NCBI GenBank assembly: GCA_963715745.1 | Contig: OY970271.1 | Coordinates: 499,129-563,128 of the forward strand | Origin: an uncultured Ignavibacteriales bacterium | Lineage (GTDB): Bacteria > Bacteroidota > Ignavibacteria > Ignavibacteriales > Ignavibacteriaceae | Reading direction: 5' to 3' | DNA: 64,000 nt | In this document: piece after piece, positions 1-9,981 of the stretch | Numbering within the stretch: the stretch's first letter is position 1 | Layout of the letters: every line of letters begins with the position of its first letter | Translations under genes and position numbers: made by a program | The notes under the pieces: model-generated | Database searches by the model: none | Told to the model about the DNA's origin: nothing | What the model saw: the letters and a program-made list of their open reading frames with translations, nothing else

Positions 1-693
1 AATTATTTCATATCCTTCAAAAGCTATGAATGTTAATCCCATTGCACTTAAAATACCTGGGAAGCCCTTAGGGGAAAAATTTTGGAATTTTTGAAAGAAT
101 GCAGGATGTGATACTATTGCCCATATTCCGCTTACAATAAAGATAATTAAGATTACAACTTTTGCCATCGTAACTATATTTCCGGCTAAGCCGGTTTCGG
201 AAACTCCCTTATAATTTATTGCAACGAATGTGAGTATTATAATTACAGTAATTAACTTGTTAAGCATCTCACCGTGCAAACCGAATATTGAAATATTAAA
301 GTTATTGAGCACCAGGACGAAATAAGCTCCGAATCCCATCGCATAAAGACTGCCTGCAACAGCATGTGCAAACCAGCTCATCCATCCGGCTTGAAACGCA
401 TTTGGTCCGGGCAGTCCTTCTTTCACCCATAAATATCCTCCGCCAGCTTCCGGAATTGCGGATCCAAGTTCCGCGTAAACCATAGCGGTAAATACAGTCA
501 CTATTCCGTTAAGAGCAAACGATAGCAGTAATGCCGGTCCGGCAGTACCTGCTGCTATTCCGGTAAGCACAAATATTCCGGCGCCAATCATCGCGCCTAC
601 GCCGATCATAGTAATATCGAACAGCGAAAGGTCACGGCTTAATCCGACTTCAAATTGCCCGTTGCTTTTCACACTATTAGTATTGTTCGCCAC
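1..693 (-). CDS. APC-family amino acid permease, N-terminal part (gene continues past window start)
   Basis: Not in ORF track because there is no stop in the window. Reverse translation from GTG 693-691 gives VANNTNSVKSNGQFEVGLSRDLSLFDITMIGVGAMIGAGIFVLTGIAAGTAGPALLLSFALNGIVTVFTAMVYAELGSAIPEAGGGYLW, a typical APC transporter N-terminus. An in-frame TAA lies just upstream of the GTG. Confidence 0.8.
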   Translation of the reverse strand, partial: MANNTNSVKSNGQFEVGLSRDLSLFDITMIGVGAMIGAGIFVLTGIAAGTAGPALLLSFALNGIVTVFTAMVYAELGSAIPEAGGGYLWVKEGLPGPNAFQAGWMSWFAHAVAGSLYAMGFGAYFVLVLNNFNISIFGLHGEMLNKLITVIIILTFVAINYKGVSETGLAGNIVTMAKVVILIIFIVSGIWAIVSHPAFFQKFQNFSPKGFPGILSAMGLTFIAFEGYEII

Positions 694-973
694 GTATTAT
701 CCCGTATATTGTTTTTGGTAAAAAAAATATAATATCAATTTATACCACTTAATAGAATAGTTATTATTCAATTAAATCGTAAAACTACAGTAAGAAATTG
801 AAAATACTTATTTACTAAATTAATTAACACCCTTTCATAATGGAAATTAAGCCTGCCGAAATTAAAAGGTTTTAATCTGAAAAATTAATAAAATAACGTT
901 TATTTGAATTAGCAGCTATTTTGGTATAAATACGAAAATATTTAATACAAACATTAAAAGATTAATTAAAGCC

Positions 974-1780
974 ATGAAAACTCCGAATAAAATTTTTGAC
1001 TTTTCAAAAGAGAAGCAATATTTCTTTTCAACTATAATACTTTTTTCTTTATTACAATACTTTATAACGTTCAAAACACAATTGGCTATGAAACAGTTTC
1101 GATAATACTGCTTCTTATTCTATTCCTGCTTCCGCTGCTTCAATTCAGTAGAGGACCGATAATTTTACAAGCAGTGATAAGTGCCCTCGCATGGGATTAT
1201 TATTTTATCCCCCCTCATTTTACAATGTATATAGCAAAAACTGAAGACGTGTTAATGCTGCTTATGTTTTTTGTCGTTGCGGTTACTAACGGTGTTTTAA
1301 CTTCAAAATTAAAAAAGCAACAGAAATTTATGACTGAGAAGGAAAGGCAATCAAATGCATTGTTTAATCTCCTAAAAGATTTTTCATCAGCAAAAGATTT
1401 AAACGATATTCTAAATAAATCGGTTAAGCACATTCTAGATGTTTTCGGATTTGAATCGGTAATATTTTTTCCTGCTGATGGAAATAAATTGAGCAGAACC
1501 CCTCACCAAGCAAGCAATTTTGTTCCGGATGAAATGGAATGGCTGGCGGCAGAAATTTGTTATAAGGATAAAATAGAATCTGGCAATTCCACCAGTATTA
1601 TGCAAGGTGCATCAGCAAAATACTTTCCAATTGTTATTAATAGGTCTGAAATTTTTATTATCGGCATTAAAATAAATGATGAGATAAAATCCAATAAAAA
1701 CAGAAATGGAATTTTTAATGTCCTTCTTAAAAGAATTTGCCCCTTTTGTACAAAAATATTATTCTTACTCTAACCCGTAA
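974..1780 (+). pseudogene. KdpD-like sensor remnant (DUF4118 membrane domain plus GAF-like region), frameshifted and lacking a kinase core
   Basis: The ATG-974 frame (MKTPNKIFDFSKEKQYFFSTIILFSLLQYFITFKTQ) stops at 1103-1105. The continuation IGYETVSIILLLILFLLPLLQFSRGPIILQAVISALAWDYYFIPPHFTMYIAKTEDVLML is in another frame (track ORF 1174..1773), switching at the A-run 1073-1076. A second shift at the A-run 1694-1699 gives TEMEFLMSFLKEFAPFVQKYYSYSNP* ending at 1780. The FIPPHFT motif is typical of DUF4118. No HisKA/HATPase sequence follows. Confidence 0.6.
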
Positions 1781-3102
1781 GCCTGCAATTTCCTATATAA
1801 GGTTGTTAATCCTATTCCTAATTTTTTGGCTGCTTTAGTTTTGTTCCCGTTTTCGCTTTTTAAAATCTGCAGAATATGATTCTTTTCCACTTCATACAGT
1901 TTTTCAAAATTTTCATTCAATTGATTTGAAATGGGATTAAATTCTTTAGGAAGAGTTTTTTCGGTCAACATCCCGTTTTCAGATAATATTATTGCCCGTT
2001 CAATTACATTTCTCAGCTCTCTTATGTTTCCGGGAAATTCATAGTGCTTTAATTTTTCTATAAAGCTTCCCGGAACAATATTAATTTTCTTTCCCAGTTT
2101 CCTGCTGAATAAATCAATAAAAAATTCAGCTAAAAAAGGTATATCTTCTGTTCTTTCTCTTAATGATGGGAGTTCTATTTTCATTACGCTTATTCTGTAA
2201 AATAGATCTGAACGGAAGTTGCCTTTTTTAATTTCGTCTTCAATGTCCCTGTTTGTAGCTGCAATAATCCTTACATCGGTTTTTGTAGGTTTCGTATCTC
2301 CCAGCTTAATAAAATCATTAGTCTCAAGTACTCTTAAAAACTTGGCTTGCAAAGAAAGATCAAGTTCACCTATCTCATCTAAAAACAAAGTCCCTGAATT
2401 AGCCTCTTCGAATAATCCTTTTTTGTTTTTTACTGCACCAGTAAAGGCTCCTGCTTTATAACCGAACATTTCCGATTCAAGCAAATCTTTTGCAATTGCG
2501 CTGCAGTTCACCGCAACAAAGGGATTATTCTTTCTTTTACCTGAATAATGTATTGCCTGTGCAAATAATTCTTTACCCGTTCCGGTTTCTCCCAGAAGCA
2601 AAACCGGTGTATCAGTATCAGCAACCTTGCGGGCAATATCCTGAGCTTGTTTAATTCCGGCTGATTGACCTGTGATATTATCGAAGCTGAATTTTTCGCC
2701 GACCTGCTTTTCAAGTTGCACAATCCTTTGACGCATTAAAACTTTTTCCATTGCACTTTTAACTACCGGAACAATTTTATTATCCTCATCGCCTTTGGTT
2801 ATGTAATCAAAGGCACCTTCTTTGATTGCCCGAACACCGTCCTCAATAGTACCATAAGCTGTTAAAACGATTACCTCGCTGAAAGGATTGATTTTTTTTA
2901 TTTCCCCCATGATACTAAGACCATTAATGTCAGGTAATCTTACATCAGTTATTACAATAGCTTGTTCTTCCTTATTGAATAGAGCTATACCTTCTTTTCC
3001 GGTACTTGCTGTATCAATTTTATACCCTTCAAGTCTGAGCAATTTTGCAAGCAGGTCCCTGAGTTCTTCTTCATCATCAATTATTAAAATTGTGTCTTTC
3101 AT
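1765..3102 (-). CDS. sigma54-dependent response regulator (REC + AAA+ sigma54-interaction + Fis-type HTH; NtrC family)
   Basis: 445 aa. Has an N-terminal receiver (ILIIDDEEELRDLL...TDVRLPD), Walker A GETGTGKELFAQAIH, the GAFTGA loop (GYKAGAFTGA), and a C-terminal HTH KAAKKLGIGLTTLYRKL. Confidence 0.95.
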   Translation of the reverse strand: MKDTILIIDDEEELRDLLAKLLRLEGYKIDTASTGKEGIALFNKEEQAIVITDVRLPDINGLSIMGEIKKINPFSEVIVLTAYGTIEDGVRAIKEGAFDYITKGDEDNKIVPVVKSAMEKVLMRQRIVQLEKQVGEKFSFDNITGQSAGIKQAQDIARKVADTDTPVLLLGETGTGKELFAQAIHYSGKRKNNPFVAVNCSAIAKDLLESEMFGYKAGAFTGAVKNKKGLFEEANSGTLFLDEIGELDLSLQAKFLRVLETNDFIKLGDTKPTKTDVRIIAATNRDIEDEIKKGNFRSDLFYRISVMKIELPSLRERTEDIPFLAEFFIDLFSRKLGKKINIVPGSFIEKLKHYEFPGNIRELRNVIERAIILSENGMLTEKTLPKEFNPISNQLNENFEKLYEVEKNHILQILKSENGNKTKAAKKLGIGLTTLYRKLQAYGLE

Positions 3103-3200
3103 TTTTGTTATAATGTCCGGAAACTAAATTAATTGTTCATATTAATTTATTCTTTTGTTGTTTAAAATACTTGTTGAAAAATGAGTGCGGAAACTGATCT

Positions 3201-3650
3201 TTATGTCAGAATGCTGATGAACCTTTTATTTTTATTTGAATTGAATCCGTTTCTTTCATAAAAATGTTCTGCGTTTTTGTGTTTTTCTTTTACTTCTAAA
3301 TGTAAAGCTTTAATTCCTGTTGTTCTTGCATACTTACAGATATAATCTAAAACTTCGCTGCCTATTTTTTTATTTCGGGATTCTTTCCTGATAAAGAATT
3401 CATCTATAAAAGCATCCCGACCGCCGTATTCAAGACTGAATCCAAAACACAAAATTGCATAGCCGATGAATTCATTAGATTGTTTGATCAAAAAAACTGA
3501 TCCATACTTGGGGTGGGCAAGTAATTCTGCTAATGTGCTCTTAAGTTTTTCAGATTGGGGGTGCTCCGCCGTTAATTCATGAAACTCAAGAATAAGAGAA
3601 TGGATTTCGTTTTTATATTCAATCCCGCATTTTAATATTTCTGTTTTCAT
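3201..3650 (-). CDS. GNAT family N-acetyltransferase
   Basis: 149 aa with the acetyl-CoA binding pattern FIRKESRNKKIGSEVLDYICKYAR and a C-terminal FYERNGF. Confidence 0.85.
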   Translation of the reverse strand: MKTEILKCGIEYKNEIHSLILEFHELTAEHPQSEKLKSTLAELLAHPKYGSVFLIKQSNEFIGYAILCFGFSLEYGGRDAFIDEFFIRKESRNKKIGSEVLDYICKYARTTGIKALHLEVKEKHKNAEHFYERNGFNSNKNKRFISILT

Positions 3651-3742
3651 ACAAACCTGCCCTGTTTAAAATTCTGTAACCGTTTAATTTGAATTTAAGA
3701 ATAACTAAGTTACCTGACTAATTAAATGCAAAATTTTCCGGA

Positions 3743-5617
3743 ATGAAGACACAAAAAAGCATAGGGCTATATTTCAGAATTTTGTCCTACCTGAAACCAT
3801 ATTTCAGGAAACTGGCAATTGTTATTCTCTGTAATTTCGGTTTTATTTTGTTCAGCACACTTTCTATGTGGCTGATTGCGCCAGTAATTACAGTAATGTT
3901 CGAAAGTGCACAGCAGCAGCAGACTGTTGAAAGCAGCCAGCAACCTCAAATGCAGGATATTCCCGACACAAGCTTCCTTAACCTGAACGAATGGCTGAAA
4001 GAAAATATTCAGTCTCTTCTTCCGAAGGATGATCCGCTCCATACTTTGCAGTGGTTATGTATAGTAATTTTTCTTGCTTTCCTTCTTAAAAATATTTTTT
4101 CGTTTATCGAATTTTATGTGATGACTTACATAGAACAAAGCGTTGTGCGGGATCTTAGAGAACAGGTTTATGAAAAAACGATTTTCCAGTCGCTGGGGTT
4201 TTTTCACAAGCATAAAACCGGGGATTTGATTTCCAACATTACTAATGACATCAATTCTGTCAACGTTGCAGTTAACAGAAGCTTTACAAAAATTATCCGC
4301 GATCCTATTTTGATAATTGTTTATGTGATGATCCTTTTTAACATAAGCTGGCAGCTTACACTTGTTGCGATTATTGTTTTGCCGCTTACAACATTTATAG
4401 TGAGGAAAATCGGGAATAGCTTAAGACGAAGAAGCATACGTGTCCAGGAAAAAATAGCTGACATAACCTCAGTTCTGCAGGAAACAATCTCGGGGATAAA
4501 AGTTGTTAAAGCTTTTGCGATGGAAAATTATGAAAACACAAAGTTCCGCGAACGGACAAGAGACCATTTCCGTGCTGTGATAAGACAAATAAGAACTTTA
4601 CGACTTGCAAACCCTATTTCTGAAACAGTTGGAATTGCAGTTATGGTTGGGGTTATTCTTTACGGTGGTGTTTTGGTGCTGGAAGGTAACACTCTTCACG
4701 CAGAAGATTTTATGAGATTTCTATTTATACTTTTTGCAATTCTCGATCCGCTTAAAAGTTTAACCGAAGTAAATAACAATGTTCAGATTGCGCTTGCTTC
4801 CGGTAAAAGAATTTTTGACCTTATCGATGAACCGATAAAAGTTGTGGAAAAAGAAAATGCAATTACAGTCAGCGGATTTATTAGCTCAATCAAATATGAA
4901 AATGTAAGTTTCAGATACAATCCGGACAGCGAACTTGTTTTGGAGAATATAAACCTTGAAGTAAAGAAAAATCAGAAAGTTGCGCTGGTTGGCAGCAGCG
5001 GGTCCGGGAAAACAACCTTGCTTAATCTTCTGCCACGTTTTTATGATGTTGAAACCGGCTCAATAAAAATTGACGGAACAGATATCCGTGAGTTTTCCCT
5101 TTCAAGTCTGAGAAATTTGATGGGAATAGTTACTCAGGAAGTTATTCTATTTAATGACACTGTAAAAAATAATATTGCTTACGGAGTTGAAAACTTCAGT
5201 CAGGAACAAATTGAAGAAGCTGCTGCGCAGGCAAATGCATCACAGTTTATTAAAGAACTTCCTAAAGGATTCGATACAATAATCGGTGAGCGCGGAATGT
5301 TTCTTTCAGGCGGGCAGCGGCAAAGGATTTCAATAGCAAGAGCAATTCTTAAAAACCCGCCGATACTTATTTTTGACGAAGCAACTTCTTCGCTTGATTC
5401 AGAATCAGAACTACTGATCCAGGAAGCAATTGAAAACCTTGTTAAAGACAGGACAGTTTTGGTAATTGCACATCGTCTATCATCAATTTTAAATTCCGAT
5501 AAAATTGTCTTGTTGGAAAATGGTGAAATTATTGATGAAGGAGTTAACAGTGAATTATTGAAACGTTCGGGAAGATACAGACAGTTATATGAACTTCAAT
5601 TCAACAATGGCAATTAA
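3743..5617 (+). CDS. ABC exporter, fused permease/ATPase (MsbA-like lipid exporter)
   Basis: 624 aa with 6 predicted TM segments followed by an NBD: Walker A GSSGSGKTT, signature LSGGQRQRISIARA, Walker B ILIFDEATSSLD. It is followed by a GT9 gene. Confidence 0.9.
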   Translation: MKTQKSIGLYFRILSYLKPYFRKLAIVILCNFGFILFSTLSMWLIAPVITVMFESAQQQQTVESSQQPQMQDIPDTSFLNLNEWLKENIQSLLPKDDPLHTLQWLCIVIFLAFLLKNIFSFIEFYVMTYIEQSVVRDLREQVYEKTIFQSLGFFHKHKTGDLISNITNDINSVNVAVNRSFTKIIRDPILIIVYVMILFNISWQLTLVAIIVLPLTTFIVRKIGNSLRRRSIRVQEKIADITSVLQETISGIKVVKAFAMENYENTKFRERTRDHFRAVIRQIRTLRLANPISETVGIAVMVGVILYGGVLVLEGNTLHAEDFMRFLFILFAILDPLKSLTEVNNNVQIALASGKRIFDLIDEPIKVVEKENAITVSGFISSIKYENVSFRYNPDSELVLENINLEVKKNQKVALVGSSGSGKTTLLNLLPRFYDVETGSIKIDGTDIREFSLSSLRNLMGIVTQEVILFNDTVKNNIAYGVENFSQEQIEEAAAQANASQFIKELPKGFDTIIGERGMFLSGGQRQRISIARAILKNPPILIFDEATSSLDSESELLIQEAIENLVKDRTVLVIAHRLSSILNSDKIVLLENGEIIDEGVNSELLKRSGRYRQLYELQFNNGN

Positions 5618-5635
5618 TTTACACTTCTGAATAAT

Positions 5636-6748
5636 GTGAAACTGCTCAAGTCAATTGAAAAAAATATCAAGCATATTCTTTCCGGGACACTTCGTTTCTT
5701 TCTTGAACAGCTTGCAAGGAAACCCGACCAACCTGTAAATAAAGTTTTGTTTATCCGTTACGGCGGAATTGGAGATATGATTCTTTCGATTCCTGTTTTT
5801 AAACAATTAAAAACAGAGCATCCCAAAACAGAAATTGATGTATTATGCGATAAAAAAAATGTTAGTCCAATTGAGGGGGCTAACGTTACAAACAATATAT
5901 TTTTTTACGAAAAGAATATTTCCCAAACAATTTCATTAATCAGAAAACTTCAAAGAAGAAAATATGATTACATAATTAATCTGGTAGTTTATCCCACTTT
6001 TACCTTTAGTTTAATAGCAAGACTTGCCGGAAAAAATTCTGTGAGAGTTGCAGCCGATCAGGAAGAATTCAGCTTTTATTATAACAGGATTTTGAATTTA
6101 CCTCCCAAACGTGAAATTCACATGCTTGAAAGACTTTTTCTTTTAGCTGGGGACTTGATTCAGAATAAGGAAATAAAATCAGAAACTCCATGGATTGATT
6201 ACAACTCTGAAATTAAATTAGAAGCAAAAAAGATTTACGAAAATCTTTGTTCACATTTATCTGTGAATTCAAGCGAATCAAAAATTGTTGCAATAAATTT
6301 ATCTGCAGGTTTAAAAAGAAGGGAATGGTCTGTTGAGAAGTATAAAAAGTTTTTAGGAAGTGTGATTCCGAAATATTCAGGAGCAATTAATGGCTGGGTT
6401 ATTTTTACTGATCCTAAAAAATCTGACGAAAGCAAAGGCCTGATTAATTCTATAAATCAAAAATCAGTCATCCAAATTCCGGCAATAAATGATTTCAGAA
6501 TTATTATTGAACTGATAAGGAAATTTTATCTTTTAGTAACTCCGGACACCTCAATTCTACATGCCGCTTCTTCAGTGGGAACACCCACACTTGCTTTAAT
6601 AATCGGGGAAAACGCGAAGACCTGGTCACCCGTTGGAATTATAAATGAAGTTGTCGTTTCTAAAGATCGGTTAAGTTTAAGCGAGCTACAGGTTGAAGAA
6701 GTTATTAAAGGATTTGATTCTTTAATGAAAAAACTTCAAACCAAATAA
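5636..6748 (+). CDS. glycosyltransferase family 9 (heptosyltransferase-like)
   Basis: 370 aa with the N-terminal RYGGIGDMILSIPVFKQLK motif and C-terminal PDTSILHAASSVGTPT, both typical of GT9. GTG start. Confidence 0.8.
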   Translation: MKLLKSIEKNIKHILSGTLRFFLEQLARKPDQPVNKVLFIRYGGIGDMILSIPVFKQLKTEHPKTEIDVLCDKKNVSPIEGANVTNNIFFYEKNISQTISLIRKLQRRKYDYIINLVVYPTFTFSLIARLAGKNSVRVAADQEEFSFYYNRILNLPPKREIHMLERLFLLAGDLIQNKEIKSETPWIDYNSEIKLEAKKIYENLCSHLSVNSSESKIVAINLSAGLKRREWSVEKYKKFLGSVIPKYSGAINGWVIFTDPKKSDESKGLINSINQKSVIQIPAINDFRIIIELIRKFYLLVTPDTSILHAASSVGTPTLALIIGENAKTWSPVGIINEVVVSKDRLSLSELQVEEVIKGFDSLMKKLQTK

Positions 6749-6749
6749 T

Positions 6750-7394
6750 TCATTCTCTGTTTTTATTTATCCAGTAACCCCATAGAACAATCAGCCATTG
6801 TGCATTACCAACAATCCCGATTGCTTCAGTAGAATCTGGTGGCGGACCGAACAAGTTTGCAATGTAAATAGCAACAAGGAAGATAACCAATCCCCAAAGA
6901 GCAAAAGAGCCGGTTTTATTTTTTGCTTTTGTTGATTTCAGGTAAATAAAGAGTCCGCCCATAAAAATTAATCCTTCAACAAGAATAGTTCCTATTAGAC
7001 TGTTCCATAAACCAAGACCAACTTTTAAATTGACCCCAAAAATAATCGGCAAGTCAGGCCGGTGGACAATCAAATCGAGGAACCAATGACTGATAACTAA
7101 TAAACCTAAAACAAAAGCAGCTTTGATATTTTTTTTGAACAGGAAATAAACCAATCCGAAAAGCAAAGCCCAGAAAATTACACCGATAAGACTGTGTGTA
7201 AAAGGATAATATATAAAATCTAGGGGTGTTGTCGTAGTACTGCCCGGCTCGATTACAACTTTTTCTATCCCAAGTAAAAGCATTATTGGCCAGAGAAGAT
7301 CAACAAACTGGGCAGCCATAAAATACGTACCAAGAGAAGGATTTTTATCAAACTTTTTCCCGGTAAACCCTGCCCCGAAGTGACCGATGAACAT
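6750..7394 (-). CDS. multi-pass membrane protein (possible membrane-bound metal-dependent hydrolase, YdjM/DUF457-like)
   Basis: 214 aa and hydrophobic throughout, with His-containing motifs MFIGHFG, FTHSL and SHWFLDLIVHRPD. The functional assignment is weak. Confidence 0.6.
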   Translation of the reverse strand: MFIGHFGAGFTGKKFDKNPSLGTYFMAAQFVDLLWPIMLLLGIEKVVIEPGSTTTTPLDFIYYPFTHSLIGVIFWALLFGLVYFLFKKNIKAAFVLGLLVISHWFLDLIVHRPDLPIIFGVNLKVGLGLWNSLIGTILVEGLIFMGGLFIYLKSTKAKNKTGSFALWGLVIFLVAIYIANLFGPPPDSTEAIGIVGNAQWLIVLWGYWINKNRE

Positions 7395-7544
7395 ATCGTT
7401 AAGTAATTAATTTTTTAAAAAAAATATTATTGTGTAATTAACATAAAATGTTAATAGTTATATGTTCGTGATTAATATCAATTATTCAAATAATTCTTTG
7501 CATCATTTATTATATTACAACGATTGTAATAATATTGAAAAGGA

Positions 7545-8474
7545 TTGATTATGCAAACTATTTTAGGATCAACAGGAGTAATAGGCAAAGAGCTTGCTAA
7601 AGCTTTACCTCAATACACAAATAAAATAAGATTGGTAAGCCGTAATCCGAAAAAAGTTAATGACAGCGACGAACTGGTCAGTGCAAATTTGTTGAACTCA
7701 GAAGAAATTCTAAAAGCAGTTGAAGGCTCGGAGGTAGTTTATTTAACTGCTGGAATACAGTATGATATTAATATTTGGAGAAGAGATTGGCCGGTAATAA
7801 TGAAAAATGTTATTGAGGCATGTAAGAAAAACAAAAGCAAATTTGTTTTCTTTGATAATGTTTATTCGTACGGAAGAGTTGACGGCTGGATGACGGAAGA
7901 ATCCCCGATAAAACCTGACAGCGAAAAAGGAAAAGTAAGAGCTGAGCTTACAAAAATGATTATGAATGAAATTGAACAGGGAAACCTGAAAGCTATTATT
8001 GCAAAAGCAGCAGATTTTTATGGACCGGAAACACCATTGAGCTTTGTAAACATTATGGTGTTTGAGAATTTTAAGAAGGGGAAAAAGGCTCAATGGTTTA
8101 TTGATGTGAATAAAAAACATTCATTTACTTATACACCAGATGCAGCAAAAGGAACAGCTATTCTTGGAAATACTGAATCAGCATACAATCAGGTTTGGCA
8201 TTTGCCAACAAACAAAAATGTATTAACCGGAAAAGAATTTATAGAACTTTCTGCAAAGGCAATGGGTGTTAAACCGGAATATATGGTTGTAAAAAAATGG
8301 ATGACCCAAATGCTTGGATTGTTTAACAAAGTAATTAAAGAAAGTGTAGAAATGCTTTACCAGAATGAATTCGATTATCTTTTTGACAGCACCAAATTTG
8401 AAAAAGCTTTTAATTACCAACCTGTCAGTTATGAAGAAGGAATAATTGAAACTGCAAAATCAATGAAGAACTAG
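7545..8474 (+). CDS. NAD-dependent epimerase/dehydratase family (extended SDR) protein
   Basis: 309 aa with the Rossmann motif ILGSTGVIGKEL. The true start is probably ATG 7551. Confidence 0.85.
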   Translation: MIMQTILGSTGVIGKELAKALPQYTNKIRLVSRNPKKVNDSDELVSANLLNSEEILKAVEGSEVVYLTAGIQYDINIWRRDWPVIMKNVIEACKKNKSKFVFFDNVYSYGRVDGWMTEESPIKPDSEKGKVRAELTKMIMNEIEQGNLKAIIAKAADFYGPETPLSFVNIMVFENFKKGKKAQWFIDVNKKHSFTYTPDAAKGTAILGNTESAYNQVWHLPTNKNVLTGKEFIELSAKAMGVKPEYMVVKKWMTQMLGLFNKVIKESVEMLYQNEFDYLFDSTKFEKAFNYQPVSYEEGIIETAKSMKN

Positions 8475-8476
8475 TT

Positions 8477-8965
8477 TCATTTTTTGAATATCTGGTTGCT
8501 GAAAGGTGGCGTATCCGGAATTTTAACCTTGTTGAATTCATAATTCACTGCATGATGACAGGCGTTGCAGGTGTTAGTGAGCGTGCTAAAACTGTTTTTG
8601 AATGAGGAAAGGTTTTTATTTTTTACTGCAACCTTGACACTGTCGAGCGGAGCTTCAATAATCGGCAGCACATTTAATTCTTCTCTTTCAGATTCATACT
8701 TTTTTATATCTTCAATGGTTTCTGATATTTCATCAATTTCAAACTCAGCTAGTTTCCAGTTTTTATTTATTCCGGCAAACCAGAGTTTTGCATGATGGAT
8801 CTGAATGTTGCTCATAAATTCTCCGAATCCAGGTTTATATGAATTGTCAACTTTCTTTTGAAGTTCTGCTACTTTTGATTGCAGTTCAGATATCTGTGTT
8901 GAATTATCATTACAAGAAGAGAACATCAATACAATAAATAAAGCAAAAATTATATTTCTCATCAT
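8477..8965 (-). CDS. lipoprotein with a single C-terminal CXXCH heme-c motif (class II cytochrome c / cytochrome c'-like)
   Basis: 162 aa. Has a lipobox (LMFSSC), a helical and charged body, and CNACH about 25 residues from the C-terminus. Confidence 0.5.
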   Translation of the reverse strand: MMRNIIFALFIVLMFSSCNDNSTQISELQSKVAELQKKVDNSYKPGFGEFMSNIQIHHAKLWFAGINKNWKLAEFEIDEISETIEDIKKYESEREELNVLPIIEAPLDSVKVAVKNKNLSSFKNSFSTLTNTCNACHHAVNYEFNKVKIPDTPPFSNQIFKK

Positions 8966-9121
8966 TTCCTCTCTAATTAACCAATAAGTTAAAACTAAAA
9001 AGTAATTTGAATATAGGAAACTAAATTAAAAAGGTGGAGGTTATAAGAACTGACTATACTAACAATGATTTCCGCAGCATTAAGGTCTAATAAAAAATTA
9101 ACTACAGAGATGACGGATAAA

Positions 9122-9151
9122 TATAAAACAGAGAGCGGGACTAACCCGCTC
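9122..9151 (-). terminator. hairpin terminator after the peroxiredoxin gene
   Basis: On the minus strand, gagcgggttagtcccgctc is followed by tctgttttatat. Confidence 0.6.
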
Positions 9152-9163
9152 CCTCTGAAACGT

Positions 9164-9907
9164 TTAGTTTAGCTCCGGAACAACATTCTCTTTCTTCTTC
9201 AGTATAGTTTCGAGAACTTTATTTTTATCTATTTCTTTTGTACAGAAAAACCAGTCGTAGCATTTCATATCTTCTTTGCCTTCCATCCGGTTTTTAGCTG
9301 TCCCGCAGGAACCTGCAGTAGGAACAATAACATCGTCTCCCGGTCTCCAATCTGCAGGAGTTGCAACATTGAATTCATCTGCTGTTTGAAGAGCAATTAG
9401 TACACGATATAGTTCATCAAAGTTTCTGCCGAGACTTAACGGATAATAAATTATTGCTCTGATAATTCCTTTCGGATCAATAAAGAAAACTGCGCGAACT
9501 GCTTTTGTTGTGCTCTCCCCCGGTTGAAGCATTCCATAAGTTTTTGCAACATTCATTGTAATATCTTCAATCAAAGGAAAGTTCACTTCAACGTTTTTCA
9601 TTCCTTTATATTCAATTTTTTCTTTGATTGTTCTAAGCCACGCAATATGACTGTAAAGCCCATCTACAGAAAGCCCGACTAACTGGCAGTTAGCTTCATT
9701 GAATTGTTTTTCCAATGTGGCAAAAGTCATAAACTCCGATGTACATACAGGAGTAAAATCTGCCGGATGACTGAATAGAATTACCCAGCTTCCTGAATAA
9801 TCCTGTGGAAAATTTATATCGCCCTGGGTTGTAACAGCTTTAAAAGACGGTGCTTTATCGCCTATCCGTGGCATTGGTGTAACTTCATTTTTTATTGTTT
9901 CTTCCAT
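9164..9907 (-). CDS. peroxiredoxin (Prx6/1-Cys-like with Cys-containing C-terminal extension)
   Basis: 247 aa with the active site HPADFTPVCTSEF and a C-terminal GSCGTAKNRMEG...KCYDWFFC resembling archaeal-type Prx tails. Confidence 0.9.
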   Translation of the reverse strand: MEETIKNEVTPMPRIGDKAPSFKAVTTQGDINFPQDYSGSWVILFSHPADFTPVCTSEFMTFATLEKQFNEANCQLVGLSVDGLYSHIAWLRTIKEKIEYKGMKNVEVNFPLIEDITMNVAKTYGMLQPGESTTKAVRAVFFIDPKGIIRAIIYYPLSLGRNFDELYRVLIALQTADEFNVATPADWRPGDDVIVPTAGSCGTAKNRMEGKEDMKCYDWFFCTKEIDKNKVLETILKKKENVVPELN

Positions 9908-9981
9908 TGTGGGAGTCTCCTCTGTTTAAATATATTATTGTGTGTTAGTATGATGTAAACGGAATAAATTAGTTCCCCGAA

